NCBI GenBank assembly: GCA_049516875.1
Contig: JBEKSS010000007.1
Location: 175,536-239,535 of the forward strand
Reading direction: 5' to 3'
Origin: Candidatus Bathyarchaeia archaeon
Lineage (GTDB): Archaea > Thermoproteota > Bathyarchaeia > Bathyarchaeales > Bathycorpusculaceae
Length of the DNA: 64,000 nucleotides
Below, piece after piece: positions 39,973-52,572 of this stretch. The notes beneath the pieces are model-generated. The model saw only the letters and a list, made by a program, of their open reading frames with translations, was not told where the DNA came from and did no database searches. Position numbers and translations under genes: made by a program. Positions within the stretch are counted from its first letter, which is position 1; each line of letters begins with the position of its first letter.

Positions 39973-40014
39973 GTTTTGGGTTTGGGGGTAAAATTTTATC
40001 CATCCAACCAAATC
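39973..40014 (+). repeat. GGGTTTGGG palindrome family member
   Basis: GTTTTGGGTTTGGGGGTAAAATTTTATCCATCCAACCAAATC, similar to 38001-38038. Confidence 0.75.
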
Positions 40015-40278
40015 GATAGGTAATGATAGAATATCTCAGTCGGGTTGGAATTTGTCTGGAACGTGATTTCTGAGAGAAACAGGTGGTAGGGAAGGAGCAC
40101 TGCTCGTTTGAGCAGCGTATGCTTGATTCAGGTGGCGTTGATGAAGAGAATCACAGGCGCGCTCTCTCTGTGTCTAGTCTTTGAGACCGTACTAGCTTCT
40201 GGAACATGATGTACTAAGGCTTAGGATAAAATCCTGCAAGTGCGCTCTATAGGGTGACTGTGACAGGTTCATGTTTGG

Positions 40279-41583
40279 TTGGTGAACAAGATGAAGAAGC
40301 TCCTCACGTTGGTCACGCTCGGGGTGTTGTTCGTTGCCTTGTGTTTTACCGCGTTTCCACGGTTTCCCATGTTTAACGTTGCGAGTGCGTCGTCCATTTT
40401 GCCTGTTAATGATGCGGAATATGCAAATGGTACCATTGCTATCCCAGATTCGCCCTGCCTCATTTGGTATGATTGGATTAACGTTTCCAGCACTCAGGTT
40501 ATCAACTACGTGCTATACACTAACTCCGACTACCCCTACCCTACGCCAATCGCCAATCTTGTAGGGCAGAACTTACAATTGTTTGATGGTACGGAGGTTT
40601 TTGTGGTAAGCGCATTGGACAAGATGGAGGTCTACAGAGACCAAAACGGCGATGGCATTCCGCAGGCCAACTTCACTTCTGGAGACAGCGAAATCCTATA
40701 TTGGATGTTCATGAACATGAGCGACAGCTATAACATAATCCCTATTCAAAAGACGATGGAAGGCGATGTTCCGCACTACCAGTGGGGTTTCACCTACGTA
40801 AACGTCTATGCATATCTCGAGAACGCCACAGGTCCCATCGGCGTTGTGGCCAAGTTGATATTAGACCACTTGACCGTAAGCTACGATTTCAGCCTAAACG
40901 GCAACGTCTCAAACCTGAAAACGAACTTCGATATCGGAAAAGTCGCTAGCATGAGTGTATTAGATTCTTCACAGCTTTCACTGGATGGTTTGAGCTTGGC
41001 TTTGCTCTACCCAACTTCAACGTACGCGTCGGAGCCGTACTCAACCTACGTAGACGGCCAACCGTACAACTCGACAAGCGCGAACGATTCAGCCGTAAAC
41101 GCGGAAGTTGCGCGGGTTGCGGTGGGCAACACGAAAGCGTATGATTTTGTTTTTGGCGGCAACTATACCCTTATCCGAGGCGAAAACAATGAAACTCACG
41201 CGACTAAAGCTGAGGTCGCCGCGCTTTCCAGCATTCCAATCGAGATTTATGGGCCGGTTGTGTGGCAGACGAGCTTTTTCACAGATGAACTAAAATTCCA
41301 TGGCCTATTCGGGGGTTCATGGCCGGATGTCGCGATAGATTACAGCGCGTCTTCACTGATATACAGGATTTGTTTTCCAGTCTGGGACGGATTGCAAATT
41401 CAAAACGATCCGGTTTATGTTGGCTACTTGTTCAGTAGCACAGAGATCCCCGAAATTCCGACAACAGTAATCTTGCCACTCATATTCATTGCTGCAACGT
41501 CGCTAGTTCTTCTGTTCGCAAAGAAGCGCAAATTCAACTTCACCCAAGCAAAAAAGACGCTGTCCCTTCTGGCGTGCACTTGA
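40279..41583 (+). CDS. Secreted or surface glycoprotein with C-terminal PEF-CTERM-like anchor
   Basis: Signal peptide, many NxS/T sequons, DQNGDG Ca-loop-like motif, IPEIP + TM + KKRK. Confidence 0.78.
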   Translation: MVNKMKKLLTLVTLGVLFVALCFTAFPRFPMFNVASASSILPVNDAEYANGTIAIPDSPCLIWYDWINVSSTQVINYVLYTNSDYPYPTPIANLVGQNLQLFDGTEVFVVSALDKMEVYRDQNGDGIPQANFTSGDSEILYWMFMNMSDSYNIIPIQKTMEGDVPHYQWGFTYVNVYAYLENATGPIGVVAKLILDHLTVSYDFSLNGNVSNLKTNFDIGKVASMSVLDSSQLSLDGLSLALLYPTSTYASEPYSTYVDGQPYNSTSANDSAVNAEVARVAVGNTKAYDFVFGGNYTLIRGENNETHATKAEVAALSSIPIEIYGPVVWQTSFFTDELKFHGLFGGSWPDVAIDYSASSLIYRICFPVWDGLQIQNDPVYVGYLFSSTEIPEIPTTVILPLIFIAATSLVLLFAKKRKFNFTQAKKTLSLLACT

Positions 41584-41730
41584 GTCCTTTCATTAGTTCA
41601 TTCGCCTCGGAACGGTCTAGGCGTTGCCTTCATCTTTAGTCTGGTGAATGTTGCAGAAAGTTATTCGATGTGTGCGCTAGCTATAAAAGGCGAAGGTTTG
41701 TTATTATGAATCGTTGAAGCTTGGGAAATC

Positions 41731-42069
41731 ATGAGTGAAGGATCTGAGGGTGGCAAACCGGTTTCGCCTGAAAAACTTTTGATTGATGACCCCTCCAACT
41801 TTCTGTTTCACGCCGCCTATCTTGCTTATTCTGAGGCGTTTGACAAGACGGCTGACCCTGAGGGTAAGAAACAGCTCAACGAGAACATCGTGGCTCTTCA
41901 ACAGAACCAGATAGACTGCCCGACTTTCTACAGAAATATCGGTCGCTACCGTGAAGACAGTGGTCCAGCTCCCCGCCAGTATGGGCGAATGATGATTAAA
42001 ACGCAGAGGAAGCGAGAGTGGCGCAAGCAAACGCAAAAACACGAGAGGATCCAGCGGCACAAGAAATAA
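41731..42069 (+). CDS. Hypothetical protein with basic C-terminus
   Basis: 112-aa ORF; TATA-like TATAAAA upstream. Confidence 0.7.
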   Translation: MSEGSEGGKPVSPEKLLIDDPSNFLFHAAYLAYSEAFDKTADPEGKKQLNENIVALQQNQIDCPTFYRNIGRYREDSGPAPRQYGRMMIKTQRKREWRKQTQKHERIQRHKK

Positions 42070-42133
42070 GCGGCCTCCACAATTCTCAATTCATGAAGTC
42101 GATTCTGTAGAGCTGCTGCAGTGAGACCAAGAC

Positions 42134-43156
42134 TTGGTGAAGGATTTGCGCGGTTGGAAATCTCTCTTGAAAGCAGATCCAACAGAGTGGTTGCTGGGTG
42201 AGGACAATCCCTCCGTCCGCTGCTTCACGTTGACTGACATTTTGGAGAAGGGCGAGAACGATCCCGACGTGAAAAAGTCGAGGAAAGCAATCATGCAGAC
42301 TGGTGCGGTGCCCAGGATCTTGGCCAAACAGAAGAGCGGTGGCTACTGGGGAGTCCCTGAGAATTTTTACGTAAAAGGCAAGTACAAGGGGACTGTTTGG
42401 CAGCTCATGATTCTGGCGGAGCTTGGGGCAAACCTAGAAGAAAAGCGCGTGAGAAAGGCTTGTGAATTCATACTTGAGAATTCACAGGATCGAGAAAGTG
42501 GCGGTTTTTCCTACATGAGCGCCTCAAGCGGCGGAGGAGCGCATGGCAAAGTGTTGCCGTGTCTGACGGGTAACATGGTTTGGAGCCTGATCAGACTTGG
42601 CTATCTGAAGGATGCTCGCGTTCAGAAGGGGATACAGTGGATCGTCAAGTATCAGAGGTTCGATGACGGAGTGAAAGATGCGGCAAAAGGGTGGCCTTAC
42701 GATAAGCACGAGGATTGCTGGGGTAGACACAGCTGTCATATGGGTGTGGTTAAAGCCTTGAAAGCGTTGGCGGAAATCCCTGAAGATGAAAGATCCGAGG
42801 ATGTGAAGTGCACTGTTGAGAAAGGAGCTGAATACATCCTTAAGCATCATATTCACAAGAGAAGTCACGATTTGACGCATGTGTCTAAGCCTGAGTGGCT
42901 ACGGTTTGGTTTTCCCCTAATGTGGAACACTGACGCCTTGGAGATATTGAGCATCTTGACGAAGCTGGGCTACCATGACAGACGCATGCAGGAGGCTGTC
43001 GATTTGGTCGTTTCAAAACAGGACGAAACGGGCAGGTGGAGGCTAGAACGCAGTTTCAACGGACGTTTTCAGGTGAACATCGAGCAAGAGGGCAAGCCGA
43101 GCAAGTGGATTACCTTGAACGCGCTCAGGGTCCTAAAACGTTTTTACACTCCGTGA
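42134..43156 (+). CDS. Prenyltransferase/squalene-oxidase repeat (alpha-alpha barrel) protein
   Basis: QW-like repeats QKSGGYW, SQDRESGGF and KQDETGRW; PSKWITLNAL C-terminus. Confidence 0.78.
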   Translation: MVKDLRGWKSLLKADPTEWLLGEDNPSVRCFTLTDILEKGENDPDVKKSRKAIMQTGAVPRILAKQKSGGYWGVPENFYVKGKYKGTVWQLMILAELGANLEEKRVRKACEFILENSQDRESGGFSYMSASSGGGAHGKVLPCLTGNMVWSLIRLGYLKDARVQKGIQWIVKYQRFDDGVKDAAKGWPYDKHEDCWGRHSCHMGVVKALKALAEIPEDERSEDVKCTVEKGAEYILKHHIHKRSHDLTHVSKPEWLRFGFPLMWNTDALEILSILTKLGYHDRRMQEAVDLVVSKQDETGRWRLERSFNGRFQVNIEQEGKPSKWITLNALRVLKRFYTP

Positions 43157-43325
43157 ATGCGCACTAAGATGGGCCATTGCGCGCGCGGAAAGCTTCATTT
43201 ACTCCAAACCTGAACTGTCTGCATACTTCGCGCGTTGTTTCCTTTTTTCCAGTGTGATTTGAGTATATCTGTGATCATGGCATAATGTTTCTGCTCACCA
43301 AAAAATCCCAAACGTCAGATATATC

Positions 43326-43964
43326 ATGTCTCTACAAGCTTATATTTCCTCTCGAGTTATAGAGTCAGCCGTGAAAACCGACCTTCTCAAGTATTGGAGC
43401 CTGACTGCTGATGAACTAAGCGAAATCATAAGTGCGAGCCCGAGCCTGAGGGGAATGATGGCAGGGTATGTGGCTGAGCACAAGTTGAAGGATTTTTTGA
43501 TGGAGAGCGGTAAGGTAGTTGGCAATATAGGAAAGTATGATGATCATGACAGGGAAAAGAGAGGAGACTTGTTCATAGTCTACAAAGGCAAGAAAGTCGG
43601 TATTGAAGTGAAAAGCTTGCAGACTAACTCAATCAAAGAGACGGATGGGAAATTCAAGGCAAGATTCCAATGTGATGCGAGTGATAGGAGAGAAGTTGAG
43701 CTTCCGAACGGGAACAAGATTGAAACCACGTGCCTGGTTGCTGGAGAATTCGACTTGCTGGCGGTCAATTTGTTTGCATTTCACGAGAAATGGGAATTTG
43801 CGTTTGCGAAGAATCTAGACTTACCGAGAACTGCGCATAGTAAATACACGCCTGAACAGAGAAAGTATCTATTAGCCACGCTGATGGAAATCACTTGGCC
43901 TCTGCAACCTCCTTTCCAGAGCGACCCTTTTCCACTTCCGAATGAGATTGCCCAGACTTCTTGA
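43326..43964 (+). CDS. Probable type II restriction endonuclease (PD-(D/E)xK)
   Basis: GYVAE...RGD...IEVKS catalytic pattern; convergent with a DNA methyltransferase gene. Confidence 0.72.
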   Translation: MSLQAYISSRVIESAVKTDLLKYWSLTADELSEIISASPSLRGMMAGYVAEHKLKDFLMESGKVVGNIGKYDDHDREKRGDLFIVYKGKKVGIEVKSLQTNSIKETDGKFKARFQCDASDRREVELPNGNKIETTCLVAGEFDLLAVNLFAFHEKWEFAFAKNLDLPRTAHSKYTPEQRKYLLATLMEITWPLQPPFQSDPFPLPNEIAQTS

Positions 43965-44658
43965 CAAAAACCAAAAAGTAAGAGTGATTCTTTCGAGCAT
44001 GTACCTGAGTCACGAGTCTACTCACACATGGTTTATTAGACCTTACAACGACGAACAGATCCTTTGTATAAAATCCGAGTGGTTCATAGTAATTTATGAG
44101 GTCCACATGCAAAAGGCGTTGTTTATTGGCACTAACTTGGTCTTGACACTTAACTATAAACACTCCGCCCTTACGAAGAACTCGCTTGGCTTCTTGACCA
44201 GCTTTGAAGTAAAGGTCTAAAACCACATCATAATACTTTGGTCCTTCTGAAACAACTGGTCGTTTATGGTTTCCGTATCTTTTCCAGAAGGCATCATGCG
44301 AGCCCGTAAGAGCACCACTTTGTGTTTTAGAGCGCCTAAAGAAGCCTTCTGCATATGGGGGGTCAAGAACCTCGCAATCTATGCTCTCATCAGTATAAGG
44401 TAAGCTTCGACAATCAACGCCGGTCATAATATCTGTAGCTAAGAGTTTGTATGCTTCTTTAGGGACATTCTTCCAAAAGATACCTTTACCATATGTCACG
44501 TCGGCTACAACTGCATCGAGAGGAACATGAAGTTGGAGGATTTTTGGAAAGACAAATTCATTTCCTTCCATGTATGTAGATAGTACCAGCTCGGTTGTGG
44601 TCTTTCCACCTTGGACTCGTTTCTTGTTATTGCCCTCTGATTCTACTTGTTCCATCAT
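43891..44658 (-). CDS. Amino (N6A/N4C) DNA methyltransferase
   Basis: Motif I ADVTYGKG precedes motif IV LDPPY; RVLRKGG. Confidence 0.85.
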   Translation of the reverse strand: MMEQVESEGNNKKRVQGGKTTTELVLSTYMEGNEFVFPKILQLHVPLDAVVADVTYGKGIFWKNVPKEAYKLLATDIMTGVDCRSLPYTDESIDCEVLDPPYAEGFFRRSKTQSGALTGSHDAFWKRYGNHKRPVVSEGPKYYDVVLDLYFKAGQEAKRVLRKGGVFIVKCQDQVSANKQRLLHVDLINYYEPLGFYTKDLFVVVRSNKPCVSRLVTQVHARKNHSYFLVFVKKSGQSHSEVEKGRSGKEVAEAK

Positions 44659-45025
44659 TTTGCTCCTATGTTCACCCTGAATTTGGTGAGTGTGCGTGTC
44701 CGTGTGGTCTTCATATTCACGTATTCCACAAAAAGTAAAGCCTTTTAATTAATTAAGGTTTCAATTTCTTGCTTAACTCGTATTCTTGTTTGGGGCATCT
44801 TCATTTTTTCCTTTTTGAGGTTTAATCGTGTTTTGAGCACGTCATTAGCGCTATTCGCCCGTAAAGTTTATAAAACTTTGCCTATTCAACTGTAAATTGC
44901 GGTGATTTTGCCAAAAGAGGCGCAAATTGAGTTCGCAGGTGGTGAATGCATGATACTTTCCTTGCTTGAATTGTATGAAACCTTGCCTTGTATAGCCATG
45001 CAGATCGGTTTTCCTTAGCGCGCGC

Positions 45026-47452
<2,427 letters not shown>

Positions 47453-47577
47453 AGCCCAAAGAACCTCTGATAGTTCATGTATGAAGAAGAATTCTAGACG
47501 CATACATGCAGATATAAAAGTTTAGGAGCAAGATCCCGAAACATTCCTTTCCCAGAGAACTACTGTGTTGGACAACC

Positions 47578-48531
47578 TCATCCTTTGTGATAATACGGTC
47601 TTCTAATGAAACAGTAGGCCTCCACTGCCGCCGTTATGCCTTGTCCCACAGCTGTTCCTATTTGTTTGACCGGATGATTTGTAACGTCGCCAGCCGCATA
47701 GACTCCCTCAAGATTCGTTCGTTGTAGACCGTCAACGATGATGTAACCATCCTCATCTACCGCGACACCTGCCTCCTTAGCTATTTGACTGTTAGGATCT
47801 TCGCCCACCTGAACGAAAACCCCGTTGACTTCCAATTCTTTTGCTTCTCCAGTGCCCTTGTCGAGAAGCACGACTTTTTGGACAACTTTGTCGCCACGTA
47901 CCTCTTTTATTTCCATGTTCAACAGAACCTCTACATTTTTTGTCTCCTTCAGAGCTTGAACGAGAGCGTCTTCAGCTCGGAAGGCTTCTCTTCTGTGGAC
48001 TATCTTTGCTTCAGCTGCGATGCCCGCAAGATAAAGAGTTGTTGTTAAAGCTGAATTTCCGCCGCCTACAACAAGTACGCTTTTGCCCTTGAAAAATGGT
48101 CCATCACAAAGTCCGCAGTAGCTGACTCCTCTTCCGCGGAACTCTTTCTCACCCGGGACTCCCAGTTGACGGTAATGGCTTCCCGAAGCAATTATGACTG
48201 CCTTAGCTTCGTAGACAGCTTTTTGAGTTTGGACATGTTTCTTTTCATATTTAAGGTCCATGCTGACAACGTTTTCAAACTCGTTGAGTGTCACTCCAGC
48301 GGCTTTGGCGTGAGCTACCATCTTTTGTGAAAGTTCAATTCCGTTAATGTTCTGAAAGCCTAGATAATTTTCAACGATAGGCGCGTCTGCCGTTGTGCCC
48401 CCAGCCAGTTTTTCTTCCAAAACAACCGTCTTAAGGCCACCCCTCATTCCGTAGATTCCAGCGGCTAGGCCAGCAGCACCAGCGCCTACAACAATCAACT
48501 CCAGTTCTTCCATAATGGGCACCCTCAGCAT
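47578..48531 (-). CDS. trxB: Thioredoxin reductase
   Basis: GAGAAG, GVSYCGLCDG, GGGNSA, HRR, AAGD. Confidence 0.92.
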   Translation of the reverse strand: MLRVPIMEELELIVVGAGAAGLAAGIYGMRGGLKTVVLEEKLAGGTTADAPIVENYLGFQNINGIELSQKMVAHAKAAGVTLNEFENVVSMDLKYEKKHVQTQKAVYEAKAVIIASGSHYRQLGVPGEKEFRGRGVSYCGLCDGPFFKGKSVLVVGGGNSALTTTLYLAGIAAEAKIVHRREAFRAEDALVQALKETKNVEVLLNMEIKEVRGDKVVQKVVLLDKGTGEAKELEVNGVFVQVGEDPNSQIAKEAGVAVDEDGYIIVDGLQRTNLEGVYAAGDVTNHPVKQIGTAVGQGITAAVEAYCFIRRPYYHKG

Positions 48532-48846
48532 CAGTTCTTATTGAGAATGACCTTTATCAATTATTCTCAGATTTCTGGACATTTCCTTTTTTTAGGAAGA
48601 GCGCGCACCTTAGACTCAGCATCCTCCACAATGGCTATTGCGAATTGTTTTTGAACCGGCGACACTGTTACAATTTGGAAATTTGCAGACTTTTAATAAT
48701 GTTGAAAGATACGTCATCTGCCACAATCGCTAATGCGCGCTCCTCTCACCATTTTCCTTGCTTTGGGTCTAACATTTCTTTGGGGTTTCAAGCGCAACGC
48801 AATTAGCGTGCGCCGCTTTGCGAGCTTGCTTGAAAGCGTTCGGATT

Positions 48847-49965
48847 CTACAAGGCCGTAGCAAGTAGCTCGGCTATGTCCAAGATTTGTATTTTGCCCTC
48901 TGACCCTGTTGTCTTAACAGCGTCTTCAAAAGTCAATAGGCAGTACGGACAGGCTGTGGCGAGGATTTCTGCTCCAGCTTCAACGGCGTCTTTCACGCGC
49001 GTTTCTGCCAGGCGCGGACCTGGAATGTCAACCCACATTCTTCCGCCGCCTCCTTCGCAGCAGACGCTTCGGGCTCTGGAACGGTCAAATTCCAGCAGTT
49101 TGACGCATGGCACGCTTTCGATTGCCTTTCTCGGTTCTTCGTAGATGCCGTTTTGCTTGCCTAGGAAGCATGGGTCGTGATAGATGACCTTCTTGTTCAC
49201 TTCCTTGGTGAAAATGAGTTTTTTCTCGTCAATCAGTTTGGCAAGAAGTTGTGTGTGGTGCAGAATCTCGAAGCTTGTCTGATTGTACCTGTTCTTGAAG
49301 GCGTGATAACCGTGGGGGCAGCTTGTCACTGCTTGTTTTACATTGTACTTGTTGAAGGTTTTCATGTTCTCCTCAACTAAGAAGTCGAAGAGGCCTTTTT
49401 CTCCCATGCCGTAGACTTCGCTTCCGCAGCAGTTTTCTTCATCGCCTAGGACGCCGAAGTTCAACCCGGCCTTTGCAAGGACAGTCGCTAGGCTCTTGGC
49501 GACGCTTTGGACTCGCGGATCGTAAGCTGAGGTGCACCCTACAAAGTAAAGCATGTCCGCGCCCTGCGACATGTGTTTGAGGTTCAGGCCTTGAGCCCAT
49601 TCTGACCTTTTGTTTCGGATTCTTCCCCATGGATTGCCGTTCTTGAATATGCTTTCCAACGCATCGCGGATGGTCGGTGCGATTTGTCCTTCCTCAACCG
49701 CCATACCGCGAACGTCAATCAAAAACTCGTATGGGTTCAAATCCTTTGGACAACGGACGCCGCATGCGCTGCAAGTCGTGCAACTCCACAGCTCGTTCTG
49801 CGAGTGCTGAGTGAGTTTCCCCGTTGTGGCAACTTCGCGCATGTACTTTCTAACGTTCAAGTTGGCTTTGCGTGCAACTGGGCAACCGCCTGTGCATGTT
49901 CCACACTGAATGCATTCGAGTAACTTGTGTTTCTGGGTGAGCTCTTGAGCGTTCATGTTGTCCAT
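48847..49965 (-). CDS. HdrD/GlpC-like Fe-S oxidoreductase (2x[4Fe-4S] plus two CCG domains)
   Basis: CIQCGTCTGGCP, CTTCSACGVRCP, ENCCG, HDPC, VCCEGGGG, ACPYC; start placed at MDNMN. Confidence 0.9.
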   Translation of the reverse strand: MDNMNAQELTQKHKLLECIQCGTCTGGCPVARKANLNVRKYMREVATTGKLTQHSQNELWSCTTCSACGVRCPKDLNPYEFLIDVRGMAVEEGQIAPTIRDALESIFKNGNPWGRIRNKRSEWAQGLNLKHMSQGADMLYFVGCTSAYDPRVQSVAKSLATVLAKAGLNFGVLGDEENCCGSEVYGMGEKGLFDFLVEENMKTFNKYNVKQAVTSCPHGYHAFKNRYNQTSFEILHHTQLLAKLIDEKKLIFTKEVNKKVIYHDPCFLGKQNGIYEEPRKAIESVPCVKLLEFDRSRARSVCCEGGGGRMWVDIPGPRLAETRVKDAVEAGAEILATACPYCLLTFEDAVKTTGSEGKIQILDIAELLATAL

Positions 49966-50032
49966 CGCTTTTGAATGAATGGGGAGCATAAGATTATTAA
50001 AGCGTTTTCCCGTGAATGATTTGAAACATATC

Positions 50033-52420
50033 ATGGAAAAGGAGATTTCATCCGTGGAGAAGAAATCGCCTAAGATCGGCGTTTTCGTCTGTGAATGCGG
50101 CGGCAACATAGGCGAAGTTGTGGATGTCAAAGCGGTTATTGATGCTGTCAAGAATTGGGAAGGTGTTGCCGTAGCCAAATATCACAAGTATTTATGCTCA
50201 AAACCGGCTCAGGAAATGATTCTTGACGCCGTGAAAAAGGAAAATCTGGACCGGGTTGTGGTTGCGAGTTGTACGCCTCGTATGCATCTTGCCACTTTTC
50301 AGAGTGTTTTGGAAAGAGCTGGCCTGAACCCGTTCATGCTTGAGTTCGTGAACATACGGGAGCAGGACTCGTGGATATTGGGGCCGCATCCTTCGCCTGA
50401 AGCGACGAAGAAAGCCATCAGTCTGATAAGGGGCGGTTATGAGAGAAGCCGTGAGCTTGAGCCGTTGCAGCTAATAAGCGAGAAGGGTTCTAGGGAGATT
50501 CTCATCATCGGCGGAGGCATTTCAGGCATCACTTCTGCCCTTGAGCTTGGGTATCTGGGTTACAAGGTTCATCTTGTTGAAAGGAAGCCCAGCATCGGCG
50601 GCAACATGGCCAAACTGACCAAAGTGTTCCCGACCTTGGACTGTGCACAGTGCATTTTGACGCCAAGGATGGCGGAAGTGGGCAGAAACACAAACGTTAA
50701 CCTGTACACTTACGCTGAGGTGCAAGAGGTCAGCGGGCGACCGGGCAACTACGACGTAAAAGTGCGCATGAAGCCGAGAGGCGTGGACGTTCAGAAGTGC
50801 AGAAGCTGCGGCGTCTGCGCGAAAGTTTGTCCAGTGTCGGTTCCAGACGAGTTTAACGAGGGTTGGGCGCAACGGAAGGCAGCCTACATCGAGTTCCCGC
50901 AAGCTGTGCCTTCAGCCTACACTATTGACTTTAGTTCGTGCACGAAGTGCGGAAAATGTGAGCAGCTTTGTCCAGCCAAGGCCGTAAGCTTGGCAGATGA
51001 GGGAAGCACAGTCGACCTGCACGTTGGTGGCATATTAGTGGCCACTGGTTATCAGCTCTACGACGCGAAGAAGCTTGAAACCTATGGTTATGGCACTTAC
51101 AAAGATGTCATCACGATGATGGACCTAGAGCGGTTTGTCTCTGCAACAGGGCCGACGAGTGGCTACATCAAGAAGGCTGACGGTACCGACGTTAAACGCA
51201 TGGCTATCGTGCTCTGTGCAGGTTCCCGAGACAAGAACTACATCTCGTACTGCAGTCGAATATGCTGCATGTATTCGTTGAAGCAGGCTTTTGTGCTAAA
51301 GAAGATGCTCGGCATAGACGTAAGCATCTACTACACAGACATAAGAGCAACGGGCAGAGGTTATGAGGATCTTTACTGGCGAGACCAAGAAGCTGGTGTC
51401 ACCTTTATCCGCGGCAAAGTTGCTGAAGTCTACAAGAACAGCAAGAACGGCAAGCTTGTTGCTGTCGCGGAAGATACGATAACAGGCGAGGTGACCGAAG
51501 AAGAGTTCGACATGATTGCCCTAGCCACACCTATGGTTCCACCTGCAGGACTAAAGGAACTCGCCGACAAAATGAAAGTCTCCATCAGCGAAGACGGCTT
51601 CGTAACTGAAAAGCATCCAAAACTTGACCCTGTCGATTCACTGGTCACTGGAATCTTCGCTTGCGGCTGTGCTCTAAGCCCGAAAGACGTTAGAGACACG
51701 GTTTCAGACGGCTTAGCTGCCTCAGCTAAAGCGGCATTATTCCTCAAGAGTGACTACGTTACCACAAGCCCAGAGAAGGCCTTCGTCATCAGCGACCTTT
51801 GCAACGGTTGCAGTGGCTGTGTCCCAGTTTGTCCGACAAACGCCATCAGCATGCAAGAGGGCAAAGCCAAGATTGACCCGTTCCTGTGCACTGGTTGTGG
51901 CGCATGCATACCCGTCTGCCCTCAGGAAGCTATTGACTTCAAGAACGCTACGACCAAGCAGATAACTGCAAGCCTGAGAGGTGTACTGGCAGAAAAGCAG
52001 TCTGGCGAAGTCAGAGTCGTCGCTTTCGTCGACAAAAACGTTGGCTACACAGGCATGGACTTCTTGGGCCTTGATCGCACAAACTATCCTGAAAACATCC
52101 GCATCGTGTCAGTTCCAACCACCGCCATTCTCGGCTTGAGGCATCTGCTTTACGCATTCGCATACGGGGCCGACGGTGTTCTAGTCATCGAAGGAACGCA
52201 GGAAATCGATGAAAAGTTTACAAAGAAAAGGTTGATCGACATGGGAAGGGAGCTGGCCAAATATGGTGTTGAAAACATGAGAGTGCGCTACAGCTACGTA
52301 CCCCTCCCAGTTTACAAGAAGGCTGCAGAGCTTTTCACCATGTTCACGGACAGGATCAAGAAGTTCGGGCCGTTTCCAGAAGAAAAACGCAGTGCAATAA
52401 AACAGAAGCTTGGTCTGTGA
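50033..52420 (+). CDS. hdrA: Second HdrA-like protein fused to a cysteine-free MvhD-like domain
   Basis: VCECG...ASCTP, GGGISG, TLDCAQCIL, LCAGSR...CSRICC; the C-terminal domain aligns to MvhD but has no Cys. Confidence 0.9.
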   Translation: MEKEISSVEKKSPKIGVFVCECGGNIGEVVDVKAVIDAVKNWEGVAVAKYHKYLCSKPAQEMILDAVKKENLDRVVVASCTPRMHLATFQSVLERAGLNPFMLEFVNIREQDSWILGPHPSPEATKKAISLIRGGYERSRELEPLQLISEKGSREILIIGGGISGITSALELGYLGYKVHLVERKPSIGGNMAKLTKVFPTLDCAQCILTPRMAEVGRNTNVNLYTYAEVQEVSGRPGNYDVKVRMKPRGVDVQKCRSCGVCAKVCPVSVPDEFNEGWAQRKAAYIEFPQAVPSAYTIDFSSCTKCGKCEQLCPAKAVSLADEGSTVDLHVGGILVATGYQLYDAKKLETYGYGTYKDVITMMDLERFVSATGPTSGYIKKADGTDVKRMAIVLCAGSRDKNYISYCSRICCMYSLKQAFVLKKMLGIDVSIYYTDIRATGRGYEDLYWRDQEAGVTFIRGKVAEVYKNSKNGKLVAVAEDTITGEVTEEEFDMIALATPMVPPAGLKELADKMKVSISEDGFVTEKHPKLDPVDSLVTGIFACGCALSPKDVRDTVSDGLAASAKAALFLKSDYVTTSPEKAFVISDLCNGCSGCVPVCPTNAISMQEGKAKIDPFLCTGCGACIPVCPQEAIDFKNATTKQITASLRGVLAEKQSGEVRVVAFVDKNVGYTGMDFLGLDRTNYPENIRIVSVPTTAILGLRHLLYAFAYGADGVLVIEGTQEIDEKFTKKRLIDMGRELAKYGVENMRVRYSYVPLPVYKKAAELFTMFTDRIKKFGPFPEEKRSAIKQKLGL

Positions 52421-52572
52421 ACAGAGCCTTTCACTTCTTCTGATTTGGGACTCTAGCGCGCGTTTCTTGCCAAATCATATTTTCCGGCAGTGCGCACTAC
52501 GCTGTGCGTGAGTTCAGTATCAGGTAAACCTTAAGCGTAACAACGATGTCCTATTGAAGTCAGTGAAGGGCT

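Noticed and set aside
42134-43156. Squalene-hopene cyclase or NifH call
   Set aside because: A single barrel with no DxDD motif and no P-loop; only generic QW-like repeats
48847-50178. Apparent 200-bp head-to-head overlap of hdrD-like and hdrA
   Set aside because: Artefact of longest-ORF starts; plausible starts at 49965 and 50033 leave a short divergent promoter
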